From contig OX597820.1 of the NCBI GenBank assembly GCA_951406725.2, positions 52,328,001-52,392,000 on the forward strand: a stretch of 64,000 nt of DNA, read 5' to 3'. The notes below the pieces were generated by a model that had not been told where the DNA came from, did no database searches, and worked only from the letters and a program-made list of their open reading frames with translations. Source of the stretch: Octopus vulgaris (lineage: Eukaryota). A program made the translations under genes and the position numbers. Positions 11,630 to 24,333 of this stretch are shown here, in pieces. How positions within the stretch are numbered: position 1 is the first letter of the stretch; each line of letters begins with the position of its first letter.

Positions 11630-12910
11630 CCCCAAGCATCCCATGCAAACTACTAAATTTCTTTAACCAGTACCCTTGAAGTAAATCTGGTCCTGGGCTC
11701 TTCCAAGTTTTCCTAACGTTTTACTCATTAATGCACCAGTTAATCTTAGATCTAGCGGCTTCTCACTCACGATTTTTTCCTCACTTTCTTTAACCATACT
11801 GCATCTCCGTTATGGTTGACTGGTATATCTCAAATGTTACTGCAGAACTATCAAGCTTCTTCTGTATTAGGCTTCTCATCTACAGTACTTCGTTCTCTAC
11901 TATTTATTTGGTTATAAAATCTCTTCTAGTCTCCCTCAAATAACCTATTTTATTGATACTGATCTATTCTTTTCTGATAACTGGAGAGCTCCCTGCTACT
12001 GTTATGATACGCTGTTTCAACTCTTCTATTATTGTCTCAAATCCTTTCTCTTTGACTAAATAGGTGACTAAATATCTTTTCTCGACGGAATAATTTCATC
12101 TTGTGTTTTCTAACTTGCTTATTTTCCAGGTTTCTTTTCTACTTAGACCTTGCTTAAAACTTCATTTTATTTTGTAAATTTCCTTTTCTAAATGTTTAAT
12201 CTTACCCCGTGAGATATCTAATCTGCCGGTGACTACTAACGTCCTGCATAGATGAATAGGTAAGTCTCCTACATTTTTAGTATCTATCTTATTGATAACA
12301 GAATATACTTTCCGTGTCATTTCAAGCAGCTTCCTTCTGTTGGTTACTTTTAATACTGGCAATCTTTTTCTTACTGCCACTCATCTAAAATCTTCTGAAC
12401 TTCCTCACTTAAATCACTTGAGCCGCTGCTGCCAATTCTCCCTTCCTTATCGGCAGCGCTATTATTCTTCCTTTTGGCTCTTCTTCGGTTTGAGCTGTTG
12501 TGGTTTTTCTTCCCCACTGCCTGGTCTTTCGTTTCCAGTTCTACTGTGAGCTCTTCTACTTCCAATTCTGCCATCTACTTTCTTCTCCTAATAGTATTAG
12601 CTTGATCAACTAATTTCTGCTCAGTCATTTTAAACACACTCTTTCTACTGAAGGTGGTAACATCCCTTTTTATAGCACCTTTTAGGTTCACGGTCTGATT
12701 AATATTGCATCGCTATGCTGTTTTCTTCGGTAGTCCATTTCCTCCACTTTGCTCTATTAGCTGATGATATTGTATTAGGAGAACAGCTGTGGTCAGTTTG
12801 TATCTTTACTGAGCCACTTCCAAGCAAGAGGTCTTCCGTTAAAGGTCCAGCTTCATTTTCACTGTTACAACCACAGTTCCTTCGAAACTCCTGTCTCATA
12901 AACTGAGGTA
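11630..12910 (-). mobile_element. Old Dong/R4-like element, N-terminal part to RT domain 0, decayed
   Basis: Minus-strand fragments KWRKWTTEENSIAM (myb-like), QKLVDQANTI, RKRLPVLK and KTWKSPGPDLLQGYWLKKFSSLH (R4 RT domain 0). Confidence 0.75.
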
Positions 12911-13853
12911 AGGTAATGTTCGTCACCACCACCATCACCACTATTGTTTTTCGACATCTGAATGTTTCAAACAACTTTTCTACTGCATCATTTGTTGCAC
13001 CTTTGTACTGGTGGGGTGGTATGTAATGCAAATTTTTGGGTGGGTAGAGGGGATATTGTATTGTTATGGGTTTTTTGAATTTTTGAATTTTCCTTCTCTA
13101 TTCATAATTTTTTCTGTGGTTTATAGTTTTCATAATTCTGCAATTTGTATATACTGGCAGGTGCTTATCTCCTTAATTTTTATCGTGCGTTTAATTTATT
13201 ATTGTAATAAAAGTTATGTTTACAAATCTGAGTAGTCAGTAATAAACGAATGGTAAAATTTTCTCATAATGTTGTAGATATTAAAGTTTTTAATTTTCTA
13301 AAGATGATCGTTTGTATGACCGGCCAGAGAAAACTGTAAAAAGTGTTCTTGCAATAGTAGGATGTTTACATCCTTGAATATTCAGGCAGAACGGAAAGAG
13401 AAGGAAAGAAGTTTAAAATTTTCATAGAAAATTGTAGATATTAAAGACGTGCTTCTGGCTCTTCAACTTTTCTCGGTAGGAAATAGCGAAGAGAGACATC
13501 TGGAGCAGATTCTGAAGCAGTGAATTTGCCTATGGCAATTGAAAAATGCCAGGGGTGTGGCTCTGTGGTAAGAAGTTTGATTCCATCCTCACACTTGCGG
13601 ATTCATTATATACGTATTTTAGTCATGCTATTTAGCTGCCTTTAGTTTTGGGCCGCAGGCTAAAATAGCACGGAGTGCGGCTTTTAAGTTTTTATAGATT
13701 ACCGTAGATTACTATAAACGTGAAATTTTCTTCACGATGACTGCAGTGATTTTCCTTTAGAAGTTGAAATATGGCTCAAGCATATTTTAACTAACCAGAA
13801 AATCATATCTGTGTGTGTCTGTGTGTCTGTGTGTGTATGCATACCAGTATACA

Positions 13854-13890
<37 letters not shown>

Positions 13891-15560
13891 ATACATGTAC
13901 CTAGATATACAAATGCATATATAAATATACACATATATGAATGTGTGTGTATATATATATATATTTATATGTACGCACACATTAAATATACATATATGCA
14001 GAGATACAAGTATATGCATGTGAGAGTTTTGTGTTTGTGTGAGTGTGCGCGCACGCGCATGCGTGTGTCTGTGTGTTTGAGGAATCAGCTTTGAAGTCAT
14101 AAAAACATTTTTCCAAAATAAAAATATTAGTCACCCCACGTATTGATTGAATTCCAGTAAAAATTATACGGTTATTTTTATATACTTTTGATACAGCAAC
14201 CTTTCCTACAGATACGTGTGTGTGTGTGTGCGCGCGCGTGCTTTTATGTCTATACCTATGTATTTGTCTGTGATCTTGTATTTGTACGTGGGTGTGTACA
14301 TATATAAATTTGTTCTTAAGGAGAATATTTATAATTTTCAGCCTTTTGATTGATAAAATTAGATCTTTTTACATTAGAGAAACACGACCAGCACAGTATT
14401 ATCTACATAAAAGCAAAAGCTATATTCGAAGAAGCCTGCTGCTATGCGATTATTTAAAAAGCAAGAAATAGCATTGGCATTGCCTCAATTCCTACGACTT
14501 TATATATAAAAGGCGATTTGGGCCAATGCATATCCAAATATACAAAATTACTCGATATTCTTGTGGCCTGTAATAACATGAGTAATAGGTGCATTAATAA
14601 CAACCTTAACACCGGGGATTGACGTATCTCTGACCATTCACTTATTATTTTAAGTAGTATAGTAAACGAAAGAGCAAAGGTAGAGAGGCTCAAACAATAG
14701 GGAGAGTAAAGTTGGCAAATTTTATATATCTCAGGTAGAGTGACATTCTCAGAACGAAACGAGGAATAAATTTGAGTTCACGTCGATCCCATCGTTGCCT
14801 GTTTTTTTTCTTTTTTGTCTTTTGATCCAGATGGTGGTATCTCTGTAGTCATACATTTTTAACCGTATCCTCGTGTAGATGGGCATTTGTGCCTGAAAAT
14901 ATGAAAGTTATTCAAATTTCCTCTCTGCCTTGTTACAATCTCTCTTTTCCTTTTTTTTTTTCTTTCTTTATCCTGCTTCTGTATTTTAATGCTTTAAGCG
15001 AACTATAACACTCTGCTATCATTATAACTTGCTTTTTATACCTAAATAGATATTTAATTCCTCATTTCAGTGCACTACCTGCTCCACACAGCTGGTCAAC
15101 TCATTGTCAACTGTAAGCAAGCTAACTATCATGTACTAGCATATTTACATCACTCCCAATTGACAAATTCAAAACTATTTGCTCTTGTACCACACACAAC
15201 GAATGTGCTACTAAATCTCAACCTCTGACAATCCCCAAATGATTTGTCTGACACTGGCACGTTGCTGTACAGACATAGATCTCATCATTCAAACATCTGT
15301 GAATAATTACCAACTTTCAAAATAACATTGTGTTTATGTTTGCGCTGTTATATCGTTTATGGTGGCGAATTGACAGAATCGATAGTATGCTAGGCAAAAA
15401 GTCTGTAGTTTTTCGTTCCAACTCTTTACACTAATGGTTTAACTCATTCTTAGTTGAATTTCTGCTTTCGTTAAGATACGATCAATGAAATAAAGTACCA
15501 GTCAAGTACTGAGGCGAATAGGTACGAACTTTCAATCTGAGCTAAAATGCTATCTCTATA

Positions 15561-16125
15561 TTGGGTTGTCCGGAAAGTTCGTGCCGATTTTTAAAGGAAA
15601 GAAAAAGGTCAATAAATACTTGCCATTACATTTTTAATCAACCAAATATGAACCATTTTGTTGCACAATGCATCTCCATCTTTCCTTTAACTTGAAAATA
15701 CCCTCTTCCCAGAATTGAGGTGGTTTCAGAATAAAGAATTCATCAAGGTATCGTTTGACGTCATCCAAAGAATTGAAATTTTTACCATTAAGACTATTCT
15801 GCAGAGAACTGAATAAGTGGGATCCTAAGGAACAATATCTGGTGAATATGGAGGGTGGGATAACACATCCCAGCCGAGCTGCAGCAATTTTTTTCTGGTT
15901 CCCAAAGCATCAAGTGCCGAAAATGAACTTTCTTATCTTCCATTTTAAAGAGTTACAGAATTAACACAGGTTATAGGAACATAAATCTTCTTCAACGAAA
16001 AGATAGCTTAAACTGTGTTCTAAATGGAGGTATAGTCAAATCCTGTTTTATGGACACAACCATGTTCTAAAATAAATCGAAAGTTAAGCTACTATAAATT
16101 AGCACGAAGTTTCCAGACAGCCCAA
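15561..16125 (-). mobile_element. Internally deleted mariner transposon
   Basis: TIRs TTGGGTTGTCCGGAAAGTTCGTGCCGATTT and AAATTAGCACGAAGTTTCCAGACAGCCCAA, TA on both flanks; minus-strand remnant HPPYSPDI...QNSLNGKNFNSLDDVKRYLDEFF. Confidence 0.88.
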
Positions 16126-16260
16126 TACATTGTGTATTAAAAAATGAAAACTTCGTATAAACATGAAGCTCCCACGATTGATGAAGTAGCAATTTCGTTA
16201 GAGAACATGGTTATCACAACAAAGATGACTATCAGTTGAAGGCTGATGAAGCCTTTAGAT

Positions 16261-16506
16261 TAGTGGTTCTGAACTGGTGTCCACGTTGCCCTTGAGAGTC
16301 CATATAAGATTTTTGTTTAAAGATTGTATGCAATAAATTTGTTATACTTTTACAATACTTCGAAAATTATTTTGATACAATTCCTAATAATGTTTAATTA
16401 CAAACATTTAATATGCTTCTTTAAACATCGAATAACTATACAATTCAATGAGAATAAAATAGGAATGAAAGGGCTTCCAAAGGTAAAGATTGGTTGAGAA
16501 CCACTG
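16261..16506. mobile_element. hAT (Charlie-like) MITE
   Basis: Termini TAGTGGTTCTGAAC and GGTTGAGAACCACTG match the CAGTGGTTCTCAACC TIR type; the 8-bp TSD is not clearly preserved. Confidence 0.65.
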
Positions 16507-16809
16507 ATCTACACTTTTCCTTACAGAGTGTCCACTCTAATATACACCAACATAACTACACGACGAACGTGTACATCTGCCCTCTCAAATTTCATTCACA
16601 AACTATCAGTAATACTGTGTCTGCAATTGAAGAAATTTGTGTAATTGTATGAAACAATAAAGCATGCATTTGAAAACAACTGACATCCTAATCATATTGT
16701 GAAGCCTTACTCCTTATAATACAGTTCTATATTTGAGAGATGAGGAATTACGTACATTATTTAGATTATTTACATTTGACGGATATTCGTCTTCATCTTG
16801 TTTGTTGTT

Positions 16810-16856
16810 AACACAACGTTTTGGTTGATATACCCTCCAAACTTCATCAGGTGTTC
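16810..16856 (-). ncRNA. Minimal type I hammerhead ribozyme (mutated copy)
   Basis: AACAC-CTGATGA-A-GTTTG-GAGGGTATAT-CAACC-AAA-ACGT-T-GTGTT: stem I AACAC/GTGTT, palindromic ACGT helix III; catalytic G12 changed to A. Confidence 0.7.
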
Positions 16857-16905
16857 TTGGGGAAATTTTGAACCTGGGTTCTCATTCCTAAGGTATTATT
16901 TTATG

Positions 16906-16987
<82 letters not shown>

Positions 16988-16994
16988 CATTATT

Positions 16995-17222
16995 CTATGT
17001 TTGACTTTTGCTTTATGTTTGTGCAAGTTGGCTCCAAGTCTCACCCAGAGACCGCAAGAGACAACAGGTTGGAAGTTCACGTTGTTGTTATGCCTAGTGT
17101 GCCATATATTTGGGGGGTTTTTGGTGTTGTACTAGTGAATGTCTAATAAATAAATTTAAAAAAGTTTGTTTTAAACCTTGGGATTACATAGAGAGTATTT
17201 TGCGTAGGATATGAGCAGTTTA
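16995..17222 (-). mobile_element. Extremely 5'-truncated Dong/R4 3' end (different family) in (TAA)n
   Basis: Minus strand encodes TAHILRKILSM-stop (compare TAHILRRTLSIQ at 8.3 kb), followed by a ~190-bp different 3' UTR; (TTA)n on both sides. Confidence 0.8.
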
Positions 17223-17234
17223 TCATTATTATTA

Positions 17235-17350
<116 letters not shown>

Positions 17351-17420
17351 TAGGTCACTGCCTGGAATCAAACTCGGAATCTTGAAGTTAGTAGCCCGCG
17401 CTCTTAACCACTACGCCATA

Positions 17421-17520
17421 TACCTGATGAAGGCTGGAGGGTATATCAGCAGAAACTTTGTGTTAACAACAAACAAGTATTGGACAAATGCCCGTCAAAT
17501 GTAAATAATGTAAATAACTT
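17421..17520 (+). ncRNA. Inverted partial copy of the hammerhead tail (minimal type I HHR)
   Basis: AC-CTGATGA-A-GGCTG-GAGGGTATAT-CAGCA-GAA-ACTT-T-GTGTT then AACAACAAACAAG...CCGTCAAATGTAAATAAT, an inverted repeat of ~16755-16852. Confidence 0.72.
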
Positions 17521-17554
17521 ACTCCTTATGCATGTATGTATATATGTATGTATG

Positions 17555-17720
17555 TACGAGATGTAGTCGAAAAGTATCCGACCTTGATTTTTTGCACAAA
17601 ATAATGACTGAGATAAATCCGTAGGGTCATTAGGTAACCGCGTCCTTCCTGACAATGTGCAAAAAATGTTCGTGTCTGTTGGTTGCACCATTCGTCCACA
17701 GTGACATGTTGAGTACAGAC
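17555..17720. mobile_element. Mariner-like terminal fragment
   Basis: TA-CGAGATGTAGTCGAAAAGTATCCGACC resembles mariner TIRs; no partner end seen. Confidence 0.45.
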
Positions 17721-17729
17721 ATGGAGGAA

Positions 17730-18272
17730 GCCTGATGAACTTAAATACAGGCGAAATACCGTTAAGCATTTTTGCCCGGCGGCCAACGATTCTGCGGCTC
17801 GCCGCCTTTTAACAGCTATGACAATAATAATCATTTCTACTATAGGCACAAGGCCTGAAATTTTGGGGGAAAGTGCAAGTAAATTACATCGTTCCCAGTT
17901 CTCAATTGGTACTTATTTATCTAGTGTGAAAAGCAAAGTCTACCAAGGCGGAATTTGGACTCAGAACGTAACGGCAGACGGAATACCTATTTCTTTACTA
18001 CCCACAAGGGGCTAAACACAGAGAGGACAAACAAGGACAGAAAAACGGATTAAGTCGATTACATCGACCCCAGTGCGTAACTGGTACTTATTTACTAGAC
18101 TCCAAAAGGATGAAAGGCAAAGTCGACCTTGGCGGAATATGAACTCAGAACGTAGCGGCAGACGAAATACATATTTCTTTACTACCCACAAGGGGCTAAA
18201 CACAGAGAGGACAAACAAGGACAGAAAAAAACGGATTAAGTCGATTATATCAACCCCAGAGCGTAACTGGTA
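17730..18272 (-). mobile_element. Nin/Deu SINE cluster: a head fragment plus a multimeric copy with ~190-bp internal units
   Basis: TATTTCTTTACTACCCACAAGGGGCTAAACACAGAGAGGACAAACAAGGACAG occurs at ~17988 and ~18173; same units as 31194-31767. Confidence 0.8.
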
Positions 18273-18403
18273 CTTCCGCTTTGCAGCGGAAGAAGCTTAT
18301 TTTATGGCTCATTAATCACCATAGATGAAACTTCACTTCGTCATTATGATCCCCAGACCAAGCAGCATTCAATGGAATAGCACCACAGCAGTTCATTACA
18401 TCC

Positions 18404-18434
<31 letters not shown>

Positions 18435-18460
18435 TTTTATATTTATAAGAGCACCCAATT

Positions 18461-18986
18461 TGCCTACCTGCTAGAAAGAGGAGCTAAAGACCTGAATTAA
18501 ACCATGAATAACACCGTAAAATTGCAACAGAAAATCAACCGTAAGCGGGAGAAAGGGTTAGATAATTTTAACATACCAAATACAGATCAATGCTAAATGT
18601 TTTCGCATTTGGATACACTTGGTTCATGACTTCTAGTTCTGGCGAAAAACCTCTACTTTCATGAGCAAGTTTTGACAGCTGAAATAAATTTTAACTCGTC
18701 ACATTGAAGCCAGCCGGCGTTTTGAATTGCCTTGCATGAAAATCAGAACAGCTACAGTGTAAATATACTAATAAAGAGTAAAACTTGCTGATGAAAATTG
18801 AGGCTTTTTGCCAGAATCACGATCCAAGTGTCTCCAATTGCCAAAATATTTAGCTGTATTTGCTGTATTTGGTATGTTAAAAATATCTAACCCCTTCCCC
18901 AGGTTCCGAGTATTTTTCTGTTAAATTTTTCAGGGTTAATGGTGGTTTAATTGAGGGATTTAGTTCATCATCCTAGCACGTAAGTA
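18461..18986. repeat. Long imperfect inverted repeat (~220-bp arms), foldback/MITE-like
   Basis: GGGTTAGATAATTTTAACATACCAAATACAG pairs with CTGTATTTGGTATGTTAAAAATATCTAACCC; TTCATGAGCAAGTTTT pairs with AAAACTTGCTGATGAA. Confidence 0.75.
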
Positions 18987-19104
18987 CCTTGTATGCCTTA
19001 TACATGTGAATTTTAATTCTATACCTATCAGATGCTGCTTAAGGCCTGCAACCACCTATAATATTGTTGTTGTTATTATTATCAACTATTTATAGTTACC
19101 CCGG

Positions 19105-19215
<111 letters not shown>

Positions 19216-19256
19216 TCTATATAAATATTCACTTTTGAATATTTACTCATATATAT

Positions 19257-19436
19257 ATATAAACAATTCATAAATAAGGGCAAACGAAAAAATTTCTAAT
19301 GCCAAATATGCCGAAAAATTGGACATATTGTCCATTAACCATATAATTATATGGTTAATGGACAATATGTCCAATTTTTCGGCATATTTGGCATTAAAAA
19401 TTTTTTCGTTTGCCCTTATTTATGAATTGTTTATAA
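19257..19436. repeat. Near-perfect ~180-bp spacerless palindrome
   Basis: Symmetry centre 19346/19347 (CCATATAA|TTATATGG); about 90-bp arms with one mismatch seen. Confidence 0.93.
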
Positions 19437-19511
19437 ATTTAACCTTTAAAGGTATTTTTTAATATGCAGGCCATTGATAAAAATTTTTTCGAAAAAAATT
19501 TATCGTACATT

Positions 19512-19554
<43 letters not shown>

Positions 19555-19859
19555 CATACACGCGCAGACGTCATTCTGTAGTAAGATGCTTGCTTCCTAA
19601 ACACATGGTTCCAGCTCGGTCACACTGCGTGGCACCTTGGGCAAGTTTGTTTCACTATAGCCTCGGTCACCCTTTTTGGCAGGTAGAAGCGTTCTATATC
19701 TGCCTGAGTGTGGTGCATTCCTATGCATTGTCAATAATTTTTATATTTTTCTGTCAAGATCACATATTTCAGAAATTTGCCAGTTAATGGGTTCGAAACT
19801 GTAAGTCACGACCTGTCTGGCTAAAGTATTGATCGCTTCAATCCTGTTTCTTGCATTCA

Positions 19860-19892
19860 ATCATCATCACCGTCATCATTATCATCATCATC

Positions 19893-19924
<32 letters not shown>

Positions 19925-20063
19925 TATCATCATCATCATCATCATCATCATCATCGTCATCGTCATCATCATCGTCGTCGTCGTCATCTCCGCCGCCACC
20001 ACCACCACCATCCTCCTCCTCCTCCTCCTTCTCCTCCTCCTCATCATCATCATCACCAAAACC

Positions 20064-20095
<32 letters not shown>

Positions 20096-20122
20096 CAACA
20101 ACAACACCACTATCATCATCAT
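19860..20122. repeat. Compound (CAT)n/(CGT)n/(CCT)n/(CAC)n/(CAA)n microsatellite
   Basis: Directly visible; source of the poly-His/Asp/Met ORFs. Confidence 0.95.
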
Positions 20123-20823
20123 CTATCAATACGTACAGCCACATATATACATACAGATATATGTGTTTGTATGGTTAGGCATATTTTATGTAAATCCGTA
20201 TGATGCACTATTTCCTTGTACGCACATTAAAATATTCGTGTAGTTAGATTTTCCTATATCATAATCATATGTACAAATGATATAAATGCACATGTTATAT
20301 ACTTTTTTGTTAGTGCATGGTGCGCTTTGCATCCAGTGTATACTTTTCATTATATATATGCTACTGATGTATCCTTTCTACAATCACAGATAGACGTATC
20401 TATCTATCTATTTATCTATCTATCTTTCTCTGTCTGTCTATATGTGTGTGTATGTGTGTGTATGTGTATGTGTGTTTGGTGTGTGTCTTGAGAGAGCATA
20501 CATTATATATAATCTACCAATATGCATTAAATTTTGTGTTTTCATGTATTTTTAGCGTATACGTCACAAATCACGAGTTATCAAAATCAATTTTACGAAA
20601 ATTTCTTTCCCGTTGTATAATGTATGCCATACATTTACTAAGCTATATATGTATTTGATTATGTGTGAATTCATATGTGTTAGTATTTTTATAACATCTT
20701 ATTCAACGCTATTCGAATACATATAAATATGAATAAAATCTGTCAAGAAATTCTTTTTCTATATCGTACCATTTCCATTTGTTACGCAATCATGCATAAA
20801 TTCGTGTATAACTACTTGCGTGT

Positions 20824-20918
<95 letters not shown>

Positions 20919-21860
20919 TTTATATGTGTATACATGCATATGTACACATATATATGCATATATGTGTAGATATATTCATCTATTTCTGTTTGTCTCTCTG
21001 CATATATATGTATATATATATATATGCGAGTTTATACGCGTGTGTGTATGCATTCATATATATATATATATGCGAGTTTATACGTGTGTGTGTATGCATT
21101 CATGTAATCCTGTTCTATTTGTCTTCATTTCTCCTGGTGCGTGATAATGTATGGTATTAATCTCAGAAAGTCTCTCAGAAATTCCAAGCTGTTTCTGCTG
21201 TAACTCGCTTTAAAATGTATATCATCGCTACCTCACATCTCTTTCCTCATATGCTGACAGCAATAAACATTTGAATTTTCAACATTACTTTATAAATCTT
21301 GCAGCAAAAATGCTTGGAAGGTGCATTAGATTTATAGCCTCATCCAATTGTTTGATGTATCTCTGTGTATCGTGAGTCTCAGACAGTGTCGCCATCTTGC
21401 TAGGAATTTATAGATTTAAATGGTCTGCGTGAGCAAATATCATTTGAAAACAGCTCGTTTTGTGTTTGATTTGATTTGTTATCGTTCTTGTTCTTTTGAA
21501 CTTTAAAAAAAATATATATAAGGGAAAAACAATGCGAGTCGATGGAAACCACTTGTCTTTTAAACTATACTGTTTTCTTCAAATGGTGTTGTTATAAATT
21601 TATGTGTCACCCTTAAAATACAGATGAATGTAAGTTGTATAAGAAATGATAAACATTATTTCTATAAATTTCGCACTGAACTTACGGATCCCTTATTTAG
21701 TCGATGATTTCATTGGTGATAAAAAAAAAACAACATCTATTTGATATCTGTGTCATGAGGAAGACAACAAGCATATGCAAGTTCCGTCGCTGACGGCGCA
21801 CCTACAGGTTCCTTTGTGCTAGTATTTTATTTATTCTTTTGTTCGACTGATTTTATCTTG

Positions 21861-22041
21861 TACGAGGAAGCGCTGAAAATTTCCTGGCTTTGGATAAAAG
21901 AGAATAGAGAAGGATCAGTTAATTGTGATTTTATTGAACGTATTCGACTCACAGATTCACACACATATTACAGCGGTCCTTAAGATTTCCGAAGCTCTGG
22001 AAAATAACTTAAAACCAGGAACTCTTCAGCACCATCTCGCA
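21861..22041. mobile_element. Mariner-type MITE
   Basis: TACGAGGAAGCGCTGAAAATTTCCTGGCTTT and AAAACCAGGAACTCTTCAGCACCATCTCGCA are imperfect inverted termini. Confidence 0.7.
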
Positions 22042-22501
22042 CGAGCGGATCGCGATGTCTAAATCCTAGAGATATCTAGGAAGTTTATCTAACAATTCTA
22101 GCGGCACTATTTCGGGTCTTTTAGGAGATGAAGCAGAGAGAAAAGTGCAAATAATGGAGAAAGGAACGAGAAACGAAAATAAGAGTAATGGGGAAGTTTA
22201 TTAAAAAGATGAACATGATTTGGATTTTTGAGGGAAAGATTTAAATGTAGAATTTTAGCGTTGGTTATTAAATATATCATATCGAGTAAAGAGAAACATG
22301 TGCGTTTGCTTGTACATAACATGCAATGAATATTAAACAATTAATTAGTTGACAGAAATACGCTCGTAAAAATCAATGCCCTATTTTACTAGTTGTACTC
22401 TATTACACTTTCAAGTAGTGATCTGAGGCCATTCTTCAGTAGAGCTTCCAATGTTCTTATTTCAATGAAATTTGTTTATTGAAACATTAATATTTACAAC
22501 A

Positions 22502-22590
22502 GTTAGCACGCGGGGCGAAATGCTTAGCGGTATTTCGTCTATCTTTCATAATTTCGGGGTCGATAAATTAAGTACCAGTTGCGCCTAGGG
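22502..22590 (+). mobile_element. Deleted Nin/Deu SINE fragment
   Basis: GTTAGCACG..GGGCGAAATGCTTAGCGGTATTTCGTCT joined to TTTCGGGGTCGATAAATTAAGTACCAG. Confidence 0.75.
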
Positions 22591-23149
22591 TAGACAAAGA
22601 ATATTACAACAGTTATGTCCATACCAAATCACCGGCAGAGTCAACAATGGAGTATATGTGGTGACATTTTATTTGTTAGATATATTATAAAGATTTCCCT
22701 CAAACCAAGTTCATCAGACTTTAGCAAGAACAAAAATATATATCAGTCCTAGTTAAAGTTACCTTGTCCTGAAGAACCTGAATCTTATATATGATATTCC
22801 TATATTATTCCCGTAACCCACTATTCAACATGGTATTATTTATAGCTTTATTTACTTCGAATTACAAAGTTTAAACTGCTTTTATATCACGATGTTTCTA
22901 AATTCTTATAGCGTAAATTACATACAATTCTCATTTCTAAAGCGGTATCAGAAAATTCGAAGTATCGTTTTATATTGAAATATCTGTCGTGTCTATAGAA
23001 AACATAAATCCAGTGGCTCGAACAGTCTTCGAAATGTATGCATGTATGTATGTATGTATGTATGTATGTATGTATGTATGTATGTATGTATGTATGTATA
23101 TGAGTGTGTTCCTACGCTCATGAATTTGTATATTTATGTAATATTTAGG

Positions 23150-24240
23150 TATTATTATTAAAATTCAAAAAGTTATCTTGAAATATAAACCTAAGGCCTT
23201 CGATGATACGTTCTATTTTTTATTCTTTCCGGGACCCCATTGGGGTATTTGTCTAACCAGAACTTAACGGTCTCCAGTCCATATTGATGTGGGATCGTAG
23301 AATAAAATTTTACTACATCAAAGGCGACAATAAAAATTTATTTATTGGTATGTGTGGGGAAATGATTTACTAGGTCGAGGTCATCTCTTACGATACTTGG
23401 AATGTGCTTAAGTATTGGCTTTAATAGTATATCTAGGAAATTGCTTAATCTGTGTGTTTCACAGTTTGGGCCTGCCACAATAGATCACAATGTGAGTTCA
23501 GTGGGATGTGGTACAGTGATGCAGGTTGAAGTGGACTTTTTGCAAGCTTCGGTAATTAATTTGCTCTTATGAATTTTCGGAAGCCCGTAGAGGAAGCTGG
23601 TTTTGCAATTAAAATTTGTTAGGTAGTCGCATTCCTTTGCTGTTAAGATATTTCGATGTCGGCAAATGAGTGTTTAATTTGGAAATTGTTTTTGACTGTT
23701 GGTAGTTGATTACTCTTTCATTGTAGGTAGTTTCTTGTAAGAGGTGAGATACAGAGATTTTGTATTGTTCGGTATCTATAATTACGGCTGTACTAACCTT
23801 ATCTGCTTCCTTGATTGTAATGTCATGATTGTTTTGTAATTCGTAGATGATTTCCTATTCCCTTTTACTGGTATTGGCTTTAGGTTTAGGCTGTGGAAGT
23901 TCACTATAAGGAAAGTTTGAAAATTTGTCGAGAGTTTCGTTTCTGCTTTTTGTAAGATTGTAATTACTCTTGTTGCGAACCATTGATTCGTCGTTATTAA
24001 TTTCCTTGTGAAAAAATTCATCTGTGAGGCGTAATTTTCTGCAAAAGTGAGACATCATCCTGCGTTTCACTCATGTTAGGGTATTGTGGGGCTGGAGTAA
24101 ATTTTGGTCCTTTTCAAAGGAGTTTGATTTGTTGGGTTGACAGGTTAAAGCTTGAGAGATTCTCTATTTTTGGTATTTTGGGTTTGGTATCTACCATCTG
24201 GTATCATGGATTCTGTTGCCCCGGCCTAAAAGTTATTTCT
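23150..24240 (-). mobile_element. Decayed Penelope-like element (PLE), N-terminus and first half of RT
   Basis: Minus-strand motifs in order: KLL*KGPKFTPAP, FCRKLRL, NHDITIKEADKVSTAVII, FLYGLPKIHK, IVAGPNCETHRLSNFLDILLKP, FDVVKFYSTIPH; diagnostic PLE RT motifs. Confidence 0.88.
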
Positions 24241-24259
24241 GGAGGTTCTTCTGTCTGCA

Positions 24260-24301
<42 letters not shown>

Positions 24302-24302
24302 A

Positions 24303-24333
<31 letters not shown>

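Noticed and set aside
17353-17420. Functional tRNA gene (also 59863-59935)
   Set aside because: A/B boxes are present but acceptor and anticodon stems are not intact; these are SINE heads.
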